Shown one piece after another: positions 56,209-64,000 of a stretch of 64,000 bases of DNA; position 1 is the first letter of the stretch; each line of letters begins with the position of its first letter. The DNA is from Candidatus Marinacidobacterales bacterium (lineage in GTDB: Bacteria > Acidobacteriota > Vicinamibacteria > Marinacidobacterales > DATDRI01): the NCBI GenBank assembly GCA_965226495.1, contig OZ245365.1, forward strand, positions 5,888,001 to 5,952,000, written 5' to 3'. The translations under genes and the position numbers were made by a program. The notes under the pieces were generated by a model. It was not told where the DNA came from and did no database searches. It saw only the letters and a list, made by a program, of their open reading frames with translations.

Positions 56209-59200
56209 CTAAAACGCGTAGCCGAAACTGAAGTGGAAGCGAGTTAGCTTGTCGCCATCGTGCCGATTCAACACTTCGGCCCAGTCGAATCGAAGCGGGC
56301 CGAACGGTAGGACGACGCGAACTCCCGCACCCGCGGACCATCTCAGGTCACCGAGCCTGATGTTTTTCACCCGCGGGTAGATCTCACCCGTATCGAGGTA
56401 GACGCCCCCGTGAAGGATCTTGTAGATGGGGAAGCGTAACTCCTGGTTCATGATCACCACCGCTTGACCTCCCAAGAAGGCTACGTCCCCGTTTGGAAAC
56501 GAGAGGCTCGGACCCAAGGAGTTGTGCTCGAAGCCCCGGACCGAGTTCGGTCCGCCGGCCTTGAACCGGTCGTCGACAACGAAGAACTGGTCGCTTTCTC
56601 CACGAGCAGTCAGCCCGAGCCGGTAACTCGAAGCCCAAACCAAGTTTCGTCCCAAGGGGTAGAAATAGAAAATCTGACCGTAGAATCGGTAGAAGCTCGT
56701 ATCCGAGCCGAGCCACTCCGGGCCGGCCTGTAGCGTGACATTCCAGAATCGGCCGCGCGTCGGGTTCGCGACGCTGTCCCGTTCGTCTTCGAAGATGGAA
56801 CCGCCCAAACGGCTTCGAAACTCGCCCTCATCTTGAACGTCGATCGAGCGTCCGCGAATGCCCAGAAGGGCAAACTCTCCAACGCTGTAGTTCCACTGGA
56901 TGTTGAGCCTACCTCTCGGTAGCTTCCGGGTTTGCTGGAAGTTGACGCTCCACTGCTGAGCGCGGGCCCCGAGGGTGTTCGTCCCTCTTTCCTCGTCGAT
57001 ACTCGCCTCCGCGTAGAGCTCGGTGCTCAATCGACGGCCGAAGAAGCGAGGCGTCAGATAGGACGCACGGTAGAGCGGTCGGTCCTGGCTAATGATGGCG
57101 GTCATGCTCAGAGTTTCACTACGTCCCAACGGGTTAGGGAAGGTTGCTCGGAGTATGCCCTCTAAGCCTCGGGATTGAGATTCGGGATCGATATCGCCGG
57201 ACTCTCCGGTCTGGCTCACGAAGTTGTAACGCAGTCCATAAGACATATCGAGCAACTCTCGTTCGACTACCTGCACGATGACGTCTCGAGTCTCGGTTCC
57301 CGGTTCGCTCGGTGCGACACGGACGTCTGCGGTCCGGAAGACCCCCAAGTCGTACAAATTGCTACGGCTTTCCTGGAACTTGGAAGTCCTGAGCGGCTCT
57401 CCCTCTTTGAACGTTAGCTCCCTATCGATGACCCATCTTTGGGTCTTCAGGTTGCCGACCACCCGGACGCGCCCGATCCGTACCGGGACCCCCTCGGTAA
57501 TGTCGATGGTGACATCCACCCCATCGGGCACCGCGGTGAGCTCGGATCGGAGCCGGGCGTCCGGAAAGCCCTCGTCTCGGTAGAGGGTTCTGATGTGGGT
57601 CTCGCCCTCGTTCAACTTGGAAAAACTGACCGGGTCGCCCTCTTTTTGACCGAGGGCCTCCCTCAGCTGCTCTTCGGAGAGAAAGGTTGCACCCTCGAAG
57701 CGAATGTTGGCGATCGTTAGGAGTGGCCCCTCGTCGACCAGAATGACGATTCGAAGCTCCCCGGTCTCGAGATCGTACATCGTCCTCGGCTCTTCTACCG
57801 TGGCATACAAGTACCCGATTGACGCGTATCGGAGGCGCAAACCCTTTTCGAGCTCAGACTGTTTGCCATCGATAAGAGAGAAGAAGGTCGACGATGACGT
57901 AGAGGGAAGCGAGTCAGCCAGCTCCGTATCAGAAAGGGATTCGTTGCCCTCGAAGGTGAGCACGACCGCGTTACCGCGTTGGCCTTTCGATACGGTGAAC
58001 ACGATCCGCTGCTTGTCGTCGAGCTCTTCCACACGACTCTCGACTTCCGCCTCAAAATATCGCTGGCTCCTCAACCGCCAGCGCGCGCGCGACGCCAGGT
58101 CGGAGACCAAATAGCTCTCGGGGATTCGTCCATCCCACCTCGCGCGAGTCTGCTTCTTGATGTCCGAGCCAGGGTCGTCTCCTTCCCAAACGAGCTCGGT
58201 TGGTTTCCCGGCGTCTATAGAAAAGAGAAGATCCACCCGCCCGTCCTCTTGGTCGGTTTCGACTTCGACCACCGCGCTTAGAAAGCCCTTTTCGATCAGG
58301 CTCTTTTGGAGTGCGCTGGCATCGTCTTGGGCCTTCCAATAGTCGTAGCGAGCACCGGAGCGAATCTTGAGCCTCTTTCGAAGCTCATTTTCCGGCACCG
58401 GGAAGTCGCCACCGAAGGTGATCTCACCCACGCTGCGCGCCGGTGCCTCGACGATGTCTCCTGACTCGTTCTCCGAGGCTCGCCGCCGTCCTACCCTGAA
58501 CCGGTGAGTGAAGCCGAGCGTGTAATCGATCCCGCTCTCTTGTGTGGCCCGAAGCCATAGGTCTTTGGCGACGCGGTAATCCAGAATCCAAAGCTGCATC
58601 TCCGGCTCGTCCAGCGGCAAGGAGTAGGTAATCGAGAACCTCTCGGTGAGGGGGAATCCCAGAGTCATGCGGCTGGTGGGGTTTCGTTCTTCGGCGAGAA
58701 CGAGGGGGCCCGCGCCGGCGGGAGCTCCGAATGAGAAGACATCTCCCAGCCCGTCGTGGATGAGATTCGCGAACGAAGACATCGCCCACGTCGAGGCCAT
58801 CATCTGGCCTCCCTCGCCGGCATCCGCCAAAGTACGGCCGGTCACCAGAAGCGACATCAGGTCGCCTTCCGTCAGGCTCGAGTCCTCGGGAGAGCGAAGC
58901 TGAATGTTGAGGTCGTTCGGCTCTCCATCGAGCTGGAGCTGGATGACTGTCGCGCCCACCTTGGTGACCATGGAAGCCTGAAGCGTTGGTGGCGAGCGGG
59001 GGAAGCCATCGAAGTCCGCGCGTGCGGAGATGACCTGAAACGAGTTTCGGCCCACCACCAGCGACCCGTCGGGCCGAAGGGAAAGAACACCACTCAGCTC
59101 GGGGGAGTCTACCGTCCCTGCGAGCTTCAGCGTTGCCCCGGCCTCGACGCGCGCTTTGTCGGTGTCGATGCGAACGTCCTCTGGCGTGGTTAGCGAGAGA

Positions 59201-62200
59201 TTCAAGTTGAGGACCCGCCGGCCGGCTTCGAGAGACGGAGCCTGGACCGCGGACAAACGACGCTCCGAATCGTCGAAATCCGTGGTGAAGCTTCGAGTCA
59301 CGAGTCCCTGGGACGCCCGCAGGTCGCCGGAGAGCCGAAAGTTTCCCTCCTCTCCTTGGAATCGAACCTCCCCCGAGACCTGTCCCCGAACTCCCTCTAT
59401 CAGTTGGAGACGCACGGTCTCCGCGCTGGCTTGGATATCGACGCGTGGGTTGTTGACGTCCCCGAGATCAACCGTTCCTTCACCATGGATTCGACCACCC
59501 CCTGCGAGGGCCGAGAGATCGGAAAGCGTGAGGGTGGCTTCGTCGAACGTCACTCGCGTCTTCAGGTCTCGGAGGATGAGCGGGGGGTCGGGAATGACGA
59601 ATCGGCCGCCCGACAACGAACCTTCGCCTTGGATTGCGAGGCCGTCCGCTCCGTAGCTCAGGTGGAAGTCGAGGTTGCTCGGGCCGGAAATGGTCATCCC
59701 CGGCATCACCGCGGCCAAGAACGGATTGAAGATCGTGGTCTCGAGAGTGCCGCTGAGGGAGCCCTCCAACGAAAAAGGTTCCTGGATTTCCAAACGCGGG
59801 AGACGCAATCTGAAGTCGGTCCGATCTCCGACGATGTGCAGCTCCTCCATCGAGAAGACGCCGTCCTTCAGGCTCCATGCTACCGGCTCCGCGGTTTGAA
59901 TGGTCATCGCATCCAGTCTTCCGTCCAGTCCGAGGATTTCACCCGATGCACGAAGTCCGTCGATGGACCAGCCGGGAATCTCGATCACTCCGCGAGCGCC
60001 GAGCATGAGTGTGGGGTCGAGCTCCCATTCGATTGGAGTGAGGTCGGCGAGGTCGATGTCTTCGAGGGTGAGTTCCAGCCGGCCGGATTGCGCGGTCTCG
60101 CCCGACGGGCGGGGAAGCGAGCCAGTCAGCGCGACCGTACCGCCCATCAGTTTCCCTTGCGCAAACAACGAGGGAGTTCGCTCTTCGTTGGACTCGAGCG
60201 TGAGCTGGAGGTCCTCCCAAGCGACGTTGTTCCATTGGCCAGCGCCATCTTCGATGTGTAACGCGCCGAGTAGCAAGGGGTCGTCGAGCTTGCCGGCTAC
60301 CTTCAACTCGGCGCGAGCCGTCCCGCGAACCTCGAGGTCGGGGACCAGCGGCTCGAGGAGCTCGAGGCGAAAAGATCCGGAGACGTCCAGATCGAGCTCA
60401 CCTTCCGCAGCAAGTGGGACGGTCCCTTCGACGGAAACTTCTTGTTCAGCGGAGAGGATCTTTAAGTTCTGGATTCGAGCCTCGTTTAGATCGCCCTCGA
60501 TCTGGAAACCGGAGACCTGGTGGCCGATTCCGCGGTAGTTCGCGGCATAAGAATCCACATTGGCTCGGAACTGGAGCGCGCCGAGGTCGAAGAGAGGAAA
60601 ATCAAGCTCGACGATTCCCTCGGCGGACGCCGTCGCATCTTCGCGGGCAAACGTGAGCAGGCCCTTCATGATTTCCAGTAGCGGCAGTCCCGACAGATCG
60701 AGCTCGAGATGGGTCGGGATGGGCGGCTCGAGCTCAGCCGTCCCGCCGAGAAACCGGGTGCCGTCATCCCGCCGGCCGAGAATCTCGACTTGGCCGTTCC
60801 GTGATTTCAATTGGAGCTCCAAGGGAGGGATCGCTTTGTCATTGAGAGAGAGGGCATTCAAATTCACGGTGGCCTCTCCGACTAGAGCAGAGAGGGGACC
60901 CTTGGCGAAGGCGTTCAGGGAGATTTGACCGCCAACTTCTTCTAGCCCCGTGACGGGAGCCAGTTCTTCGAGGGCGAGTCCCGTCAACTGGAGGCTTCCG
61001 TCGATGGACTCGGAGTCCAATGAGTATGTACCCGCGGCCTCGAACGTGGCATTCGCGAGAGAAGCCTTTGCGTCTTCGACTTCGATCGTCCGACCCTTCT
61101 TCACCACTCGGAAGTCCGCGGTGCCCTCATGGGCTCCGGTGAAGGTGAGATCGCGCAGGGCGACCTCAACGTTCCAATCCGGATCGGTGCTCGTCCCGAT
61201 GACCTGTGCACGTCCCGCCGCAACAGCCTTCATGGGAAGGCGCGGAGGCAGCGAAATGCCTTCGAAATCGACGACTAAGTTGGATTCCTCGGATGCATCC
61301 CCGAACCCGAAGTTTCCTTGTGCCGAGATGGAGCCCTCGTCACCCTGGAGTTCGAATTTCTTGACGACGATTTCTTTCGTCGTACCGGAGAGTTCACTGG
61401 AAAGATCTGCAGCCCGCCCGTTGAGCACGAGAGCATCACTCTCGACGAGCGCGGTCCAACGCACGTCGGGCAGCTGGCCGGTTAGTTGCCCGACGACTGA
61501 GAGCGGTCCGCCGAGCTCGATCGGCAATGATTCTGGAATGTCGAAAGAACCCGCCAATAGGCCGACCTCGTAGATGTCTGGAAGCTCGATGCGATAGTCG
61601 ACATTCAGTGCGCCTTCCAACTGGACGTTACCGGTGAGGGAAAGATCGGCCCTCGGGTTGGAAGTTGCGAGTGCTTTGGAGTCGAACTGTAGAGTGCCCG
61701 AAGCGAGGGAAAAGAAAACCTCTCCCCTCGTCGACATCTGTTTCCCTCCTGTTGTCGGCGAGAACCAGATACGACCTCGACCGTCGGCGTTCTCGATAAG
61801 CCAGTCGGTCACCGACAGCTCGGCCTCGCCATGAACCTTCGCGCTCATTGGAAGCTCAAGACTCAAGAGCTGGCTAATCAAACGGTCGGGATCGACGTCT
61901 TTGAACCGAAGGCGAAAACTGTCTCTTCCGCCATCGCGGAGCTCGATGCGCGCTTCGAGCTCGCCGGTCCCGCCATAGCCGACTAGGGAGATGGGAGCCA
62001 ACTCGAGAACGTCGTCCGCTAGGGCCACCTTGCCCGCGATCGTCCAGGTACCGATCTCCTGAGACTCGAAGTGCTCGGAGCGGAGGTTTCCGTCGAATCG
62101 AAGTCGATCGTCGTTCATCTCGAGCCGGCCACTCCCGTCCACGCGACCTGTGACCTGCCAGTCTTGCTCCCATAGATCCAAGAGGTCAGCGTCGAGATCG

Positions 62201-62868
62201 AAGTCGAGCTCGAGGCCGACGGTGAGAGGCGATGGGCTCACCGTTCCGTCGACTCGTAACTCAGAAGTTCCGGTACGGACCGTCGCGTGCTCGAGCAAGA
62301 TCTCCGATCCGTTCCACTGCAAGGATGCCTCGAAAGGTTCCAGGGAGAGCTCTTTGTCACCGACCGCCAAACGGCCCGCACCTGATTTCAGGATGGAATG
62401 AGGGTCGTCGAACCGGACGTCAATGTCGCCGATCTCGAGGAACGTGGCTTCCGCTTCGTATGCCAATCGCACGCGTCCATCGGTGAGATTGAGATGCCGG
62501 ATGTTCACCGGAAGGCCAGTCCAGGACGCGCCTTCGGCTTCGGTCTCTTCGTCCGGTACAAAACGAAAGTCGAGCCGAGGTTCCCGAATATCGCCACCGA
62601 TGCTTAGACTCGACGTGATGTCGAGATCGATGCGAGCTACTTCCAGGTCGAAGGATTCGGACCTAAGCGCGAGATCGGAAAGTCCGATCTCACCGCGCCA
62701 GAGCCGGTAGTCGAGGTGTCTTAACGAAACCTCACTATCCGACAAGCCGGAGAGCGAGCGTACCAATACGCCGCGGAGAAATTCTTTTCCCGGCGCAGTG
62801 TGCAGGAGAAGGAAAAGGAGGACGAGCAGTCCTATGAGGCCTACGAAACCAATTGCCCAGCGCTTCAT
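56209..62868 (-). CDS. TamB/AsmA-like domain fused to POTRA and Omp85 barrel, 2219 aa
   Basis: N-terminal TM anchor, long G/L-rich beta region, TamB C-terminal-like segment, POTRA motifs (FEGN..LSD, GNLKT..WVI.REL), SVRGF, and C-terminal FSFGYAF. Confidence 0.9.
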   Translation of the reverse strand: MKRWAIGFVGLIGLLVLLFLLLHTAPGKEFLRGVLVRSLSGLSDSEVSLRHLDYRLWRGEIGLSDLALRSESFDLEVARIDLDITSSLSIGGDIREPRLDFRFVPDEETEAEGASWTGLPVNIRHLNLTDGRVRLAYEAEATFLEIGDIDVRFDDPHSILKSGAGRLAVGDKELSLEPFEASLQWNGSEILLEHATVRTGTSELRVDGTVSPSPLTVGLELDFDLDADLLDLWEQDWQVTGRVDGSGRLEMNDDRLRFDGNLRSEHFESQEIGTWTIAGKVALADDVLELAPISLVGYGGTGELEARIELRDGGRDSFRLRFKDVDPDRLISQLLSLELPMSAKVHGEAELSVTDWLIENADGRGRIWFSPTTGGKQMSTRGEVFFSLASGTLQFDSKALATSNPRADLSLTGNVQLEGALNVDYRIELPDIYEVGLLAGSFDIPESLPIELGGPLSVVGQLTGQLPDVRWTALVESDALVLNGRAADLSSELSGTTKEIVVKKFELQGDEGSISAQGNFGFGDASEESNLVVDFEGISLPPRLPMKAVAAGRAQVIGTSTDPDWNVEVALRDLTFTGAHEGTADFRVVKKGRTIEVEDAKASLANATFEAAGTYSLDSESIDGSLQLTGLALEELAPVTGLEEVGGQISLNAFAKGPLSALVGEATVNLNALSLNDKAIPPLELQLKSRNGQVEILGRRDDGTRFLGGTAELEPPIPTHLELDLSGLPLLEIMKGLLTFAREDATASAEGIVELDFPLFDLGALQFRANVDSYAANYRGIGHQVSGFQIEGDLNEARIQNLKILSAEQEVSVEGTVPLAAEGELDLDVSGSFRLELLEPLVPDLEVRGTARAELKVAGKLDDPLLLGALHIEDGAGQWNNVAWEDLQLTLESNEERTPSLFAQGKLMGGTVALTGSLPRPSGETAQSGRLELTLEDIDLADLTPIEWELDPTLMLGARGVIEIPGWSIDGLRASGEILGLDGRLDAMTIQTAEPVAWSLKDGVFSMEELHIVGDRTDFRLRLPRLEIQEPFSLEGSLSGTLETTIFNPFLAAVMPGMTISGPSNLDFHLSYGADGLAIQGEGSLSGGRFVIPDPPLILRDLKTRVTFDEATLTLSDLSALAGGGRIHGEGTVDLGDVNNPRVDIQASAETVRLQLIEGVRGQVSGEVRFQGEEGNFRLSGDLRASQGLVTRSFTTDFDDSERRLSAVQAPSLEAGRRVLNLNLSLTTPEDVRIDTDKARVEAGATLKLAGTVDSPELSGVLSLRPDGSLVVGRNSFQVISARADFDGFPRSPPTLQASMVTKVGATVIQLQLDGEPNDLNIQLRSPEDSSLTEGDLMSLLVTGRTLADAGEGGQMMASTWAMSSFANLIHDGLGDVFSFGAPAGAGPLVLAEERNPTSRMTLGFPLTERFSITYSLPLDEPEMQLWILDYRVAKDLWLRATQESGIDYTLGFTHRFRVGRRRASENESGDIVEAPARSVGEITFGGDFPVPENELRKRLKIRSGARYDYWKAQDDASALQKSLIEKGFLSAVVEVETDQEDGRVDLLFSIDAGKPTELVWEGDDPGSDIKKQTRARWDGRIPESYLVSDLASRARWRLRSQRYFEAEVESRVEELDDKQRIVFTVSKGQRGNAVVLTFEGNESLSDTELADSLPSTSSSTFFSLIDGKQSELEKGLRLRYASIGYLYATVEEPRTMYDLETGELRIVILVDEGPLLTIANIRFEGATFLSEEQLREALGQKEGDPVSFSKLNEGETHIRTLYRDEGFPDARLRSELTAVPDGVDVTIDITEGVPVRIGRVRVVGNLKTQRWVIDRELTFKEGEPLRTSKFQESRSNLYDLGVFRTADVRVAPSEPGTETRDVIVQVVERELLDMSYGLRYNFVSQTGESGDIDPESQSRGLEGILRATFPNPLGRSETLSMTAIISQDRPLYRASYLTPRFFGRRLSTELYAEASIDEERGTNTLGARAQQWSVNFQQTRKLPRGRLNIQWNYSVGEFALLGIRGRSIDVQDEGEFRSRLGGSIFEDERDSVANPTRGRFWNVTLQAGPEWLGSDTSFYRFYGQIFYFYPLGRNLVWASSYRLGLTARGESDQFFVVDDRFKAGGPNSVRGFEHNSLGPSLSFPNGDVAFLGGQAVVIMNQELRFPIYKILHGGVYLDTGEIYPRVKNIRLGDLRWSAGAGVRVVLPFGPLRFDWAEVLNRHDGDKLTRFHFSFGYAF

Positions 62869-62944
62869 TCCTCTGCACTTTTCCTGTCTCCATTATGCCG
62901 CAATACTGGGGATTGGCGGTCGGCCGCCAAAATATGGAGTGCTG

Positions 62945-63163
62945 TTACCCTACCTGGCCAGGCGGGGCCGCCAAAACACAAAGCCCCCCGCGAACGCGCC
63001 CACGATGGGCACAGCGATGCGGGCGTCCGGTTCTTCCTGAGCGACGATTCCAAGGGATCTCCGCCACCCCGCCGAAAATCATGAGGCAGATGAGCGTGGC
63101 AAGGACGCCCATCGTCCCCAAAACGATGTACAGAACACCAAGTATCTTCACGTGCTGTTGCAG
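62945..63163 (-). pseudogene. Membrane protein fragment, frameshifted and truncated
   Basis: QQHVKILGVLYIVLG... continues in another frame as GIVAQEEPDARIAVPIVG, then breaks. Confidence 0.55.
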
Positions 63164-63183
63164 CCCCTCCTTGCTGCCAGCCG

Positions 63184-64000
63184 CTATGCGGACGAGCCGC
63201 GAGGTTCCTCCGGATAGCTCGCGTAGGCGAAAAGGAGATCGACTAAAGATTGCTCTGCCTTCACGATCCCGGCCACCTTCTCGTTCCCCTCGATGACGAT
63301 GTACTCGTCTACGGCGTGCGCGCGACCGCCATGTCCTAGCCCTCCTCTTACATCCGGGAGACCCAACTTTCGAGTGAACTCCCATCGGGGGCTAGAAGTC
63401 GGAGAGCGTGGCCAAATGGCGGGCTCGATGCCGTAATGACGATAAACCGACAGCATCGCCTGTACTACCGGAGCCTTGACGCTCGTCTGTGACCACTCGT
63501 CCCCACCACCGTGTTGAGTGACGGCAATGTCGCCGTAGCCCTTTTGAGTTAGATGGTCCAAGAATAGCTGCTTTTGCGTCACGATCTCTTGATCGGGAAC
63601 GAGACGGCTGTCCATTTTTGCCGCCGCTCGCTCGGGAAGGATGGTTGCCGATCCGGGTCCGGTATACCCACCCCAGATGCCGTCGATGTTGAACGACGTA
63701 TCGAAAATGAGGTGCCGCGCCGCCTCCACGTCCGACCAATCATCGACCCATCGCTTGACGTTCTCCGACTCCGATACGAACAGGCGCTCGGGATGATTGG
63801 TGACGAGCTCGTTGTAGAGCATCAGCTCTTCTTCGTTGGGGGGGCGGATGTCGTCATACCAGCCATCGATTAGAATTTTGTTCTCCGCCGGGTCGTACAT
63901 ACTCCGCAAGGCGTCCACCAACCGCCAGACCGGACTGTCCAGAACCGCCTTGCGGCTGGAGTGGATCGGCATTTTCTGCGGGCCGCGTCCCCATTCTGTT
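63184..64000 (-). CDS. M20/M25/M40 metallopeptidase, 5' part outside the window
   Basis: IHSS, GYTGPGSATILP, RLVPDQ, AHAVDEY. Confidence 0.88.
   Translation of the reverse strand, partial: TEWGRGPQKMPIHSSRKAVLDSPVWRLVDALRSMYDPAENKILIDGWYDDIRPPNEEELMLYNELVTNHPERLFVSESENVKRWVDDWSDVEAARHLIFDTSFNIDGIWGGYTGPGSATILPERAAAKMDSRLVPDQEIVTQKQLFLDHLTQKGYGDIAVTQHGGGDEWSQTSVKAPVVQAMLSVYRHYGIEPAIWPRSPTSSPRWEFTRKLGLPDVRGGLGHGGRAHAVDEYIVIEGNEKVAGIVKAEQSLVDLLFAYASYPEEPRGSSA

Overview
Bacterial chromosomal window, roughly 60% GC by eye. The gene content suggests Acidobacteriota, possibly Vicinamibacteria (inference from the VWA-OmpA pair, FHA-GAF-sigma54 activator, TamB-Omp85 fusion and GGGG-CCACCCCC REP-like repeats). 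It has about 55 CDSs covering amino-acid synthesis (a SAM-I riboswitch-controlled thrC-like/lysC/hom operon, a separate thrC-thrB pair, serA with a class V aminotransferase), envelope and lipid functions, peptidases, an ECF sigma/anti-sigma pair and signalling proteins. A complete IS30 element (3-bp target duplication) splits an aldehyde dehydrogenase gene. The main candidate new system is a dispersed regulon. A 10-bp-periodic GGATAG-N4-CTATCC-N4-GGATAG array occurs three times, each time near a sigma54 -24/-12 promoter. The genes served are a PAP2/IPC-synthase-like gene, a LolC/E-D-like ABC operon, and a CDP-alcohol phosphotransferase/GtrA/LolA-like/START-like operon. That last operon lies close to an FHA-GAF enhancer-binding protein gene and next to a 2219-aa TamB-Omp85 fusion, which suggests an uncharacterised lipid synthesis and trans-envelope export pathway. 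Several single-base frameshifts and truncations may be assembly errors. I saw no rRNA, tRNA or CRISPR array. All family calls come from reading motifs by eye; no database searches were run.
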